Position numbers and translations under genes: made by a program. A DNA stretch of 64,000 nt from contig JAGWJT010000001.1 of NCBI GenBank assembly GCA_028865615.1, positions 1,601 to 65,600 on the forward strand. Reading direction: 5' to 3'. Shown here in pieces: positions 37,763-46,488 of the stretch (the first letter of the stretch is position 1; every line of letters starts with the position of its first letter). The DNA comes from Patescibacteria group bacterium. Lineage in GTDB: Bacteria; Patescibacteriota; Minisyncoccia; Phycocordibacterales; PALSA-1337. The notes below the pieces were generated by a model. The model was not told the DNA's origin, made no database searches, and saw only the letters and a list, made by a program, of their open reading frames with translations.

Positions 37763-38518
37763 TCATACGGTCATTGCCACATATTCAAGCAACATCTTCA
37801 GAGACGGGGCGCGGTCGTTGGTGTATTTGCGCGCCAGTTCTATGGCTTCAAGGGCTTTGACGTTGCCTTTGACGCCTTTGGCATGAATGGCGGCTTCGAT
37901 GCTATCGAGAAGATCTATGGCGTCTTGTTTGGTCTTTTTCTCTTTTGATATGTCGTCCATGAGCGATTTGATCATGTCGAAACGCTTGGCCGGGGCGGCA
38001 CGTAGAAATCCTTCGACATCATATGCAGACTTGACCAGCTTGGTTGAACCGATCAGTCGAGCATTCTCCGCACCGGCACTTCTGTTTGAAGGCGCGGCAC
38101 CACTGTAAGATGAAGTGTCCATTAGCGATAGGCGCGATCTGACCGTTGGCAAAAGCAGGTGCGCCGATGGTAATATCAGGAAAAAGCGCGCATACTCCGG
38201 CGGCTCTTCCAGGAGCTTCAGGAGTGCATTCTGCGCCTCGACCGTGATTCCGTCCATCCTGAGCACGAATATCTTCTTGCCATCTCCGTCGTTTTTGCTG
38301 ACGTCGGTGACAGGTCTAGTACCCGAGAGCGCTTTCAGCTCCCTGGCGTCGTCTATGGTGAGCGTCTGATACTCCCTATCGAAGAAGTCCGGATTGCCAC
38401 GCGTCTTTATCTTCTGCTTCTTCTCAAGAATGGAAATTATCTCGGCATGAATAGATGCGCCGCCGATCAGCAGGTTGGCGTGATGGGACATGAGGCTAGA
38501 TTGTGATACCGGATTCAC
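37763..38518 (-). CDS. holB: DNA polymerase III delta-prime-like subunit (clamp-loader family, no P-loop)
   Basis: 251 aa; QNALLKLLEEPP and SRLSL (SRC-like) motifs; Walker A absent. Confidence 0.6.
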   Translation of the reverse strand: MNPVSQSSLMSHHANLLIGGASIHAEIISILEKKQKIKTRGNPDFFDREYQTLTIDDARELKALSGTRPVTDVSKNDGDGKKIFVLRMDGITVEAQNALLKLLEEPPEYARFFLILPSAHLLLPTVRSRLSLMDTSSYSGAAPSNRSAGAENARLIGSTKLVKSAYDVEGFLRAAPAKRFDMIKSLMDDISKEKKTKQDAIDLLDSIEAAIHAKGVKGNVKALEAIELARKYTNDRAPSLKMLLEYVAMTV

Positions 38519-38530
38519 AGACAGATTATA

Positions 38531-39544
38531 CTACCTCTTCGCCACTATCGCCTTCTTGTAGACATCAAGATGGTCGAGAGCTATTCCGGTCCCCTTGGCC
38601 ACGCAGAGCAGGGGTTCCTCCGCCAGCTGCGCCTTGACGCCTGTGCGGCGGAATACCAGCTCCGGCAAGTTGCGCAGGAGAGACGAGCCGCCGGTCATGG
38701 TGATGCCTTGATCGATGATATCGGCCGACAGCTCGGGTGGCGTATCCTGGAGCACGTCTTTGATGGCTTTGACCATGTCTCGAAGCGGTCCCGATATGGC
38801 CTTTACTATCTCATTGGTCTTGATCTCAGTAGAACGCGGCAAACCCGAAATGAAGTCGCGGCCCTTGACCGTCATGGAGAGCTCTTGATCCATGGGTATG
38901 GCCGAACCTATATCGATCTTGATGATCTCGGCCATGTGATCGCCTATGGCTAGATTGAAATTCTTCTTGATGTAGTCCGCGATGGCCGCATCCAGCTTGT
39001 TGCCCGCCACCTTGACCGATGTTGACGAAACGATGCCGCCCAGAGATATGACCGCCACGTCCGTGGTGCCTCCGCCTATGTCCACTACCATGTGGCCGCG
39101 AGCTTCCTGTATAGGTATGCCTGCGCCTATGGCCGCCAGTATCGGTTCCTTGACCACATAAGCATTCTTGGCGCCGGCGCGGATGGCGGCTTCGATGACG
39201 GCGCGCCGTTCCGTGGAAGTGACGCTGGCCGGGACGGATATCATCACCTCGGGTTTCCATACGGCAAAGCGGCCAAGGGCTTTGTCTATGAAGTACCGGA
39301 GCATCGCCTCGGTCACGCGGTAGTCCGCGATGACGCCGTCCTTCATGGGCCTGTAGGCGACTATAGTATCAGGCGTGCGACCGACCATCTCCTTGGCTTC
39401 GTTGCCTACGGCCAGGACCTTCTTGTCTACTTCGGAGACGGCCACCACCGATGGCTCATTGAGTATGATGCCTTTCTTCGGCACGAATACGAGAGTGTTG
39501 GCGGTACCGAGGTCTATGCCCAGTTTGGCAGAAAATAAAGCCAT
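38531..39544 (-). CDS. second MreB/Mbl-like actin homologue
   Basis: 337 aa; LGIDLGTANTLVFVPKKGIILNEPSVVAV, DIGGGTTDVAVISLGGIV. Confidence 0.85.
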   Translation of the reverse strand: MALFSAKLGIDLGTANTLVFVPKKGIILNEPSVVAVSEVDKKVLAVGNEAKEMVGRTPDTIVAYRPMKDGVIADYRVTEAMLRYFIDKALGRFAVWKPEVMISVPASVTSTERRAVIEAAIRAGAKNAYVVKEPILAAIGAGIPIQEARGHMVVDIGGGTTDVAVISLGGIVSSTSVKVAGNKLDAAIADYIKKNFNLAIGDHMAEIIKIDIGSAIPMDQELSMTVKGRDFISGLPRSTEIKTNEIVKAISGPLRDMVKAIKDVLQDTPPELSADIIDQGITMTGGSSLLRNLPELVFRRTGVKAQLAEEPLLCVAKGTGIALDHLDVYKKAIVAKR

Positions 39545-39567
39545 AATTGGGGACTATAGCATGAAGA

Positions 39568-39688
39568 GAAACTAGCGGACAAGGCCTGACTGACACTTCG
39601 CAGGCGATTCCTAGCAAGGAATCGCCGAGATGTAGCGCGGCCTCTGCAGAGGCCGACGCGTGTCAGGAAGGCCTTGTCCGCTAGTTTC
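39568..39688. repeat. palindromic intergenic element, copy E (diverged core; 20-bp perfect outer arms gaaactagcggacaaggcct / aggccttgtccgctagtttc), overlapping the murA stop
   Basis: Core ttcgcaggcgattcctagcaaggaatcgccgagatgtagcgcggcctctgcagaggccgacgcgtg; the right arm includes the murA TAG stop. Confidence 0.6.
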
Positions 39689-41015
39689 TAACTACATCGG
39701 CTCCTAAACTTTGTAATCTTTCCTCCAACCGTTCATAGCCGCGATCGATCAGTCCGATGTTCGTCACGGTCGTCTCTCCCTCGGCGCACAAAGCGGCCAG
39801 GACGACGGCGAAGCCTGCACGGATGTCGAGAGCTTTCATTTCCCTGCCCGCCGGCAAAGCTTTCAATCGCGAGGGCCCGCTTATAGTTATCTCTTGCGAA
39901 CTAACGGTATCTATATCCGCACCCAAAGACTTTAGGTCATCGACATATTTGAACCGCCCTTCGTATATAGTCTCCGTAAGCTTGCTCCTGCCGGAGACTT
40001 GGGTCATATACACCGCTATCATCGGCTGCAAATCGGTTGCGAATCCGGGATACTCCTTGGTCGTGACGTCAAAGGTCTTGAATGAGGAATCGGGCATTGT
40101 ATTGCCACTGACGACTATCGAAGAGTCTGTCGTCTTTATCGGCACACCCGATAACTTCAACAGATCGATGAGCGCACCTAGATGTTCCGGCCTGCAATCA
40201 TCGATCTTCAATTCATCGGCGCACAGTGCGCCTAGTACGAGATAACTGCCGGCCTCTATGCGGTCGGGGATGGCAACATACGGATTCTTAGCGGCCGACT
40301 CTGACGAAAGCAACCTGCCGCCTGTGCCTTCTATCTCAATAGTTGACGTGCCTACGCCTTTTATCTTCGCTCCGCATGCGTTCAGCCATTCGACTACATT
40401 GACTATCTCTGGTTCGCAAGCGCAATTCTCAAGCACAGTCTTGCCTTCCGCCAATACGGCGGCCATCATCAGCGTCTCTGTGGCGCCGACCGATACCTTC
40501 TTGAATATGATGTTTGCGCCCTTTAGGCTTTGGACTTTGGACTTTGGACTTACACTTATGTCATACACCCCATCTTCCTTGGTCATGGCACCCATGGCTT
40601 CGTAACCGCTAATAAATAAATCTATAGGCCTGGCCCCTATGACGCATCCACCCGGTGCCGGAAATGTAGCCTTGCCGAAACGGCCGAGAAGCGGGCCCGT
40701 CAGCACGACCGATGCGCGCATCTTCCCGGCCAGCTCGCCGTCTATATCGGTCGATCGCAAACCGCGGGTATCTATCTCCATTGCGTGGTCTATCTCGCCG
40801 CTATCCTTGGTCCAAGAGACGTCCGCGCCAAGCTTACGCAGTATCTCGGCTTGTATGTGGATATCCTCGGTATGAGGCATATTCTTGAGACGGACCGGCC
40901 CGTCAAATAGAACTGCGGCGGCCATAGCCTTCAAGGCGGCATTCTTGGCACCGTTCACCCGAACGGTTCCTTTGAGCGTCTTCTTGCCTCCAAGCCCTTG
41001 TATAACGAATTTTTC
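39681..41015 (-). CDS. murA: UDP-N-acetylglucosamine 1-carboxyvinyltransferase MurA
   Basis: Start assigned to MEKFVIQG (41015); EPSP-synthase fold motifs; the ORF extension to 41069 would overlap the upstream gene. Confidence 0.85.
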   Translation of the reverse strand, partial: EKFVIQGLGGKKTLKGTVRVNGAKNAALKAMAAAVLFDGPVRLKNMPHTEDIHIQAEILRKLGADVSWTKDSGEIDHAMEIDTRGLRSTDIDGELAGKMRASVVLTGPLLGRFGKATFPAPGGCVIGARPIDLFISGYEAMGAMTKEDGVYDISVSPKSKVQSLKGANIIFKKVSVGATETLMMAAVLAEGKTVLENCACEPEIVNVVEWLNACGAKIKGVGTSTIEIEGTGGRLLSSESAAKNPYVAIPDRIEAGSYLVLGALCADELKIDDCRPEHLGALIDLLKLSGVPIKTTDSSIVVSGNTMPDSSFKTFDVTTKEYPGFATDLQPMIAVYMTQVSGRSKLTETIYEGRFKYVDDLKSLGADIDTVSSQEITISGPSRLKALPAGREMKALDIRAGFAVVLAALCAEGETTVTNIGLIDRGYERLEERLQSLGADVVRN

Positions 41016-41035
41016 CATTGAATTCATCGATCGAT

Positions 41036-41614
41036 TCATGGCCTTGAAGCTATCATAAGCCTGTACCAATATCTATCGCCGAAGAAGCTTGACAACAGGC
41101 GCTGTTCTTCTATACTTCTAGTGTACGGAGACCGACAATCGATCTTCGTAAACACTCTGGCTTCGGCCTCGGGGACCCCTGATTCTGGGGTCCTTGTACT
41201 TTTTATGAGCATATCGATTATATTGGCAGTGAGCGTTGTATATTCAGTTATAGACAGTGTAGAGACCTTGTTTATGAGTCTCTTTGTATCGAATGTTCTG
41301 GCTTGCAATATCAACATGTCGTTAGTGATGTCGTTCAATGAAAATTTGATCCTATAATCGCCGGTCTTGATTTTTGTGGTCAAGGGCACTCCCCAGAAGA
41401 CCTTATCAGTGAACTTTTTCAATACGATAACGGGTCTGCCGAAATCATCCGCGTATGAATCTTGTTCTGAACCGATGTTTACGCCTACGGCGCACCACCA
41501 TATCTCGCGCTCATGAAAATTAACCGCCTGACTTTTGCCGTCAAGCGCTTTCTTGTAAGCGTTCCACCTGTCGAAATCCTTCGTCGCCACCGCGACATTG
41601 TAGCAGAAAATCAA
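41036..41614 (-). CDS. MazF/PemK-family (CcdB/MazF fold) endoribonuclease toxin-like protein with N- and C-terminal extensions; non-ATG start; no adjacent antitoxin evident
   Basis: HEREIWWCAVGVNIGSEQD...GRPVIVLKK, VFWGVPLTTKIK and LILQARTFDTKRLINKVSTLSITEY parallel the PemK blocks (GEIW..GHEQ..RPVLIV; PVTS; DQ.RTIDK.RL). No Met before residue ~100, so the start is TTG or GTG. Confidence 0.5.
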   Translation of the reverse strand: MIFCYNVAVATKDFDRWNAYKKALDGKSQAVNFHEREIWWCAVGVNIGSEQDSYADDFGRPVIVLKKFTDKVFWGVPLTTKIKTGDYRIKFSLNDITNDMLILQARTFDTKRLINKVSTLSITEYTTLTANIIDMLIKSTRTPESGVPEAEARVFTKIDCRSPYTRSIEEQRLLSSFFGDRYWYRLMIASRP

Positions 41615-41736
41615 TTTCGCAACAAAAAAATAGTTAGAAAAACAACGTCATTTTAACACCGTTGTCAATACTGCCACCTTTCCTCATTCAAGGTATATTC
41701 AAGGCACGGAATACACCAAGCCGATAAATAACAACT

Positions 41737-43659
41737 ATGAACCTCATCACTGTCATACCCATCACCCGCCAGAAAGTGGCACCGACGCTGGCATATTTCA
41801 CCGCTTCGGAAGTGCCCGTGGGGGCGGTGGTGTCGGTGCCTTTGCGGTCAAAGACGATACACGCCATAGTCACCGACACCAGACCGGTCGAAGACTTGAA
41901 AGCCGAGATACGTTCCGCCCCGTTCGAGATACGCAAGCTCGGCAAGGTAAAGGCCGACGCCTTTTTCCCTTCCTCATTCATGCAAGCGGCGGCGGAACTG
42001 GCCGAATATTACGCCACGGCCACTGGCAACATCATCCGCGCCATGGTATCGGAAGCCATACTCGACAGCGCCAACAAGATAGCTCCGCCCCTGCCGCTCC
42101 AAGCCAGCTTCATCACGGCCGCCACGCCGGCCCCGGACGAGACCTACGCCGTGCAAGGCGACGATGCGGACCGTTTGTCGGCATGGAGGAGCCTCATCCG
42201 CCAAGAATTTGCCCGCAAACGATCGGTGGCCATATACGCCCCTACGGCCGAAGACGTTAGGAGTATATATGAATCCCTGGAGAAAGGCATAGAGGGATAT
42301 ATATTCATGCTGCACGGCGGGTTGTCCAAGAAGAGGCTCATCGAGACTTGGGGATCGGCGGCTGATACCGACCACCCGGTGGTCATAGTGGCGGCCGGAA
42401 GCTTCCCTGTCCTGCCAAGGGCGGATATAGATACGATCGTCATCGAACGCGAGAACGGCCGCGGCTGGATATCGGAACGGATGCCGTATATAGACTTGAG
42501 ACACGCTCTTGAAACAGTACACCGCCGGGCCAAACGGACCGTCCATCTGGCTGATGCCCTGCTATCCATCCGATCGCTCCACCGCCTCGACGAGCACGAC
42601 ATCGCTGAAGGTTCGCCGTTCAAATGGCGCTCCATATCGCGGGCGGCCGATGCGCTCATAGACATGAAGCACGAACCCGTCAGGGGCGCGGCCCAACCGG
42701 AAAAAGCCGGCTTCCGCGTGCTTTCACCGGAGCTCGAAGGCTTGATAGCCCGCAATATCGAAGACAACGCCCATATGTTCATAATGGCCGTAAGGCGTGG
42801 TTTGGCTACGGCTACGGTCTGCGACGACTGCGACGCCGTGATCGTATGCAAGTCCTGCTCGGCGCCAGTAGTCCTCCACGCCTCGGCTAACGGCGCGAAC
42901 TTCTTCATGTGCCACAAATGCGGCGAGCGTATGGACGCCGATACGCAATGCGCCAATTGCGGAGGCTGGAGATTGAATCCGTTGGGCGTCGGGACCGATC
43001 GGGTGGCCCAGGCCGTCAAGGAAAGGTTCCCGAAAGCGGATATCATCCGCCTGGACGCCGATCTGGCCAAGACGGCCAAAGAGATGGCCGAGGCCATGAA
43101 GCGATTCATGGCAAAACCAGGTTCGATCCTCGTAGGCACGGAAGCGGCCTTGCTCCGCTTGCCTGAACCGGTGGAGCATGTGGCGGTCGCTTCGTTGGAT
43201 TCCCTGTTCGCTCTGCCCGACTACCGTATAACGGAAAAGATCATGTATGCCATAGTCCGCCTTCGCGCCGCTGCGGATAGGACCGTCCTCATACAGACCC
43301 GCCGTCCGGAAGAAGCCGTCTTCGGCTACGGCCTCAAAGGCAACCTGTCTGATTTCTACCGTTCGGTCCTGGCCGAACGCAAACAGTTCTCGTATCCGCC
43401 GTTCTCGACCCTCATCAAGATAACCCTCGAAGGCAAAAAAGCGGATATCGCCAAGAAGATGGGCGAGCTGCAGTCGGCCATGTCCCCTCGAGAGCTGGAA
43501 GTCTTCCCTGCTTTCACTTCCACGGTGCGTGGCGTTTCGGTCATCCACGGCCTGATCCGCTTGCCGGAACACGACTGGCCGGACGGCGAGCTGGTGCGCT
43601 TCCTGCGCTCTCTGCCGCCTGAAGTAATCATCAAAATAGACCCAGAGAGTTTGCTGTGA
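41737..43659 (+). CDS. priA: primosomal protein N' (PriA)-like with 3'BD and Cys-rich zinc-binding region; helicase Walker A not detectable
   Basis: 640 aa; N-terminal 3'-binding-domain pattern and CDDCDAVIVCKSC...CHKCG...CANCGG zinc finger; no GKT motif. Confidence 0.6.
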   Translation: MNLITVIPITRQKVAPTLAYFTASEVPVGAVVSVPLRSKTIHAIVTDTRPVEDLKAEIRSAPFEIRKLGKVKADAFFPSSFMQAAAELAEYYATATGNIIRAMVSEAILDSANKIAPPLPLQASFITAATPAPDETYAVQGDDADRLSAWRSLIRQEFARKRSVAIYAPTAEDVRSIYESLEKGIEGYIFMLHGGLSKKRLIETWGSAADTDHPVVIVAAGSFPVLPRADIDTIVIERENGRGWISERMPYIDLRHALETVHRRAKRTVHLADALLSIRSLHRLDEHDIAEGSPFKWRSISRAADALIDMKHEPVRGAAQPEKAGFRVLSPELEGLIARNIEDNAHMFIMAVRRGLATATVCDDCDAVIVCKSCSAPVVLHASANGANFFMCHKCGERMDADTQCANCGGWRLNPLGVGTDRVAQAVKERFPKADIIRLDADLAKTAKEMAEAMKRFMAKPGSILVGTEAALLRLPEPVEHVAVASLDSLFALPDYRITEKIMYAIVRLRAAADRTVLIQTRRPEEAVFGYGLKGNLSDFYRSVLAERKQFSYPPFSTLIKITLEGKKADIAKKMGELQSAMSPRELEVFPAFTSTVRGVSVIHGLIRLPEHDWPDGELVRFLRSLPPEVIIKIDPESLL

Positions 43660-43724
43660 TATAACAAATCCAATAAATTGTCAATATATTAAACCTTTCT
43701 GAAAAACGCTAGAATCGAAGCCAC

Positions 43725-44267
43725 ATGAAGGAGAAACGCGAAATAGTCCAACGAGACGCGGCTGTATTGCGAGAAAAGGCCAAGGCGGTGCCCGTGGAAG
43801 AGATAACTTCGCCGCGCATACGCAAAGTCATAGCCGACATGAAGGCCGCCATGCATGCCCAGAAGGATGGCATAGCCATAGCCGCGCCGCAGATAGGCGA
43901 ATCGCTACGCATATTCGTGGTAGCGGGAGACTTGCTGGAAAAGGCCGACCCATCCTACAAGGGCGGCCCCGAAGACCTAGTGTTCATCAACCCCGTCATA
44001 GAGAAGCTGTCGCGCGACAAGAAAGAGATGGAAGAGGGATGCCTATCCGTGCGCTGGCTGTACGGCAAAGTCAATCGTTCCACCCGCGCCTCCATAAAGG
44101 CCTATGACGAGAACGGCAAAAAGATATCGCGCGGCGCCTCAGGCCTCCTGGCTCAAATATTCCAGCACGAGACCGACCACCTCGAAGGCGTCATATTCAC
44201 CGATAAAGCCAGAGAGCTGTGGGAGATGTCGGCGGAGGAGATAGCGGAGTTGCAAAGGAAAGGGTAG
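43725..44267 (+). CDS. def: peptide deformylase
   Basis: 180 aa; GIAIAAPQIG, EGCLS and QHETDHLEG motifs. Confidence 0.9.
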   Translation: MKEKREIVQRDAAVLREKAKAVPVEEITSPRIRKVIADMKAAMHAQKDGIAIAAPQIGESLRIFVVAGDLLEKADPSYKGGPEDLVFINPVIEKLSRDKKEMEEGCLSVRWLYGKVNRSTRASIKAYDENGKKISRGASGLLAQIFQHETDHLEGVIFTDKARELWEMSAEEIAELQRKG

Positions 44268-44310
44268 ATTCAGGATGCAAGATTCAGGATTCAAGAGAAA
44301 AATTCTTGAA

Positions 44311-44334
44311 TCATGAATCATGAATCATGAATCA
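44311..44334 (+). repeat. tandem heptanucleotide repeat (tcatgaa x ~3.5) spanning the fmt start codon
   Basis: tcatgaatcatgaatcatgaatcaacg creates three ATGs in three frames; only the one at 44320 is productive. Direct repeats (attcaggat x2) and a small hairpin lie just upstream. Confidence 0.4.
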
Positions 44335-45207
44335 ACGATAAAGTTCGCTTTCTTCGGCAGTTCGCGATTTTCCGTATTTGTGCTGGACGAACTGGAGAAA
44401 GCCGGGTTGGCGCCGACCATGATAGTCACGACGCCGGACAAGCCCGCCGGCAGAAGATTGAAACTGACGCCGACGCCCGTCAAGGAGTGGGCGGCCGAGC
44501 GTGGCACAAAGACGTTCGCGCCGGCCAAGCTCGACGCCACTTTCGCCGGCGCCCTGAAAAATAACCCGTGCGACGTATTTGTGGTAGCTTCTTACGGGAA
44601 GATGATCCCCGGCTCCATCATCGATATACCGCCGAGGAAGACGCTCAACATCCACCCTTCCCTTTTGCCCAAATATCGCGGCGCCTCCCCGTTGCAATCG
44701 GCGATGTTAGACGACGAAAAGAATACGGGTATCACTATCATGCGCATCAACGAAAAGATGGATGAAGGACCTATAGTGGCGCAAAGGCTAGTTACTATAA
44801 GCCAATGGCCGATTTATGAAGAGTTCGAGGAGGCTATGGCCCGCGAAGGCGGCAGGCTATTGGCTGAGGTCTTGCCCGGATGGGTAAGCGGCCGGTTGGA
44901 AGAAAAGGAGCAGGATCATTCAAGCGCTACCTACACGAAGAAGATCGCCAAAGAAAACGGCTTCTTGGACCTTTCAGCCGACCCGTACCTCAATTTCCGC
45001 AAGATCCAGGCATACCATGAATGGCCCGCGGCATATTTCTTTGCTGTCAGGAAGAACCATGACGGCAGCGACCACGCGAGGATACGCGTCAAAGTGACGG
45101 CCGCCTCATTCAAGGACGGAAAACTGTCTATAGACAGAGTGGTACCGGAGGGCAGTCGGGAAATGCCGTTCGCTGATTTCAGCAAAGGTTACGGTCCGGT
45201 CAGGTGA
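44320..45207 (+). CDS. fmt: methionyl-tRNA formyltransferase
   Basis: 295 aa; formyltransferase N-domain (NIHPSLLPKYRGASP) and C-terminal domain; forms a def-fmt operon. Confidence 0.9.
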   Translation: MNHESTIKFAFFGSSRFSVFVLDELEKAGLAPTMIVTTPDKPAGRRLKLTPTPVKEWAAERGTKTFAPAKLDATFAGALKNNPCDVFVVASYGKMIPGSIIDIPPRKTLNIHPSLLPKYRGASPLQSAMLDDEKNTGITIMRINEKMDEGPIVAQRLVTISQWPIYEEFEEAMAREGGRLLAEVLPGWVSGRLEEKEQDHSSATYTKKIAKENGFLDLSADPYLNFRKIQAYHEWPAAYFFAVRKNHDGSDHARIRVKVTAASFKDGKLSIDRVVPEGSREMPFADFSKGYGPVR

Positions 45208-45401
45208 ACGAGCCGTCTCACAGCCTTCAAGTCTCAATAAGTCTGAGCTTCGGCAGTGACGCTTTCCGCGAATGCCTCCGTCTTGTGGACGAAATAATAT
45301 AGCACCACCCAGAAGCACATGACTCCGATCAGGGCGATGCCGAGCCACTGGTTGACGGGCTGACGTAGATCGAAACTGATGAATGACGCTTTGTTCATGC
45401 G

Positions 45402-45788
45402 TTATATTTTAACATCTTTCGATCCCCAAGGCCACAGGCCTTTGACCATGGCCTTGACCCTGGCGCCGCTACGGCGTACGAGAGACAGCCTCTTGCCTTT
45501 GCTGGCCCTGACTTCCCTGACTATCTCGTCTTTCATGGCGTCTATGGCGGCGTAGAGATCGGAATCTTCCTCGGCGGCATAGAGATCTTTGCCCTTGCCG
45601 ACTATATGTATCTCGGCTCTGAATATGTCGCCTTTCTGATGATGGCCGGATGTCTTGCCGAGCTCCAAGTCGATCATATAAGACGGGTCTCCGCCTAGGA
45701 GCTTCTCCAGCTTGGTCAGTCTCTTGTTGGCGTACTCTGTAATAGCGGGCGTCAGGGTGATACCGGAAGTTTTGATGTTTATATTCAT
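45402..45788 (-). CDS. hpf: ribosome hibernation promoting factor / RaiA family
   Basis: 128 aa; MNINIKTSGITLTPAITEYANKRLTKLEK matches the HPF/YfiA N-terminus. Confidence 0.85.
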   Translation of the reverse strand: MNINIKTSGITLTPAITEYANKRLTKLEKLLGGDPSYMIDLELGKTSGHHQKGDIFRAEIHIVGKGKDLYAAEEDSDLYAAIDAMKDEIVREVRASKGKRLSLVRRSGARVKAMVKGLWPWGSKDVKI

Positions 45789-46009
45789 TTGTGGATGAAT
45801 TATACCAATAAATGTGATACGAATCTACGAGTGACGTCGTTCTACGGATAATATTACGGCGCCGACTGCGACGATGGTGCATATGGCGGTTATCAACGGA
45901 TATCGGATCCCGGCGTTCGTTCCCGTGTTTTTGATTTTGGGCATATTATGTGATAGATTTCCCCATGTCAGGTCATTGAAAGACAATATTCCATTCAAGG
46001 AATAAATAT

Positions 46010-46081
46010 TCCGGAGTAGCTCAGCGGTAGAGCGGTCGCCTGTTAAGCGATTGGTCGCTGGTTCGAATCCAGCCTCCGGAG
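46010..46081 (+). tRNA. tRNA-Asn (anticodon GTT)
   Basis: Manual fold: acceptor tccggag/ctccgga, D-arm gctc-agcggta-gagc, anticodon arm gtcgc-ctGTTaa-gcgat, T-arm gctgg-ttcgaat-ccagc; T-run follows. Confidence 0.85.
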
Positions 46082-46105
46082 CAATTTTTTCAGCCATATT
46101 TTTCA

Positions 46106-46453
46106 ATGGTTAATTTTGATACCCAACCTGATCGTTCGAAAATCATAAACCGGAGCGAGCCACATGACATTGTAATGTGCTACAATTCACACATGAACAA
46201 GCGACCTTTATATATGCGCGTCATAATCGTCATCGTCTTGGTCATTGTGGCTGGATTCTCTATCCAGCAATTCTTCATGCTACGGAAAGCGCATAGCACG
46301 TTCGAAAATTATTACAATTTCAGAGGTTGCGTCCAATTGATCGCCACCACTACAGATTCCGGCACATGCAGGACATCTTCCGGTCAGACCATAAAGATTG
46401 TCGAGATCAACAACAAGTGGTACCTAGAGGGAGACGGTCCGGGGATTTGGTAG
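46106..46453 (+). CDS. hypothetical small membrane-anchored protein (probable start at the internal Met MNKRPLYMRVIIVIVLVIVAGF)
   Basis: One TM helix; no recognisable domain. Confidence 0.4.
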   Translation: MVNFDTQPDRSKIINRSEPHDIVMCYNSHMNKRPLYMRVIIVIVLVIVAGFSIQQFFMLRKAHSTFENYYNFRGCVQLIATTTDSGTCRTSSGQTIKIVEINNKWYLEGDGPGIW

Positions 46454-46488
46454 ATGGTCGCTTACTGTTCATCTGCTATAATCTATTC

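Noticed and set aside
41688-41981. 97-aa minus-strand ORF upstream of the MazF-like gene; it was considered as a possible antitoxin
   Set aside because: It overlaps the priA-like start on the opposite strand, is separated from the toxin-like gene by the divergent promoter gap, and has no antitoxin-like features.
45106-45348. 80-aa minus-strand ORF downstream of hpf
   Set aside because: It overlaps the 3' end of fmt on the opposite strand and has Arg-rich artefactual composition.
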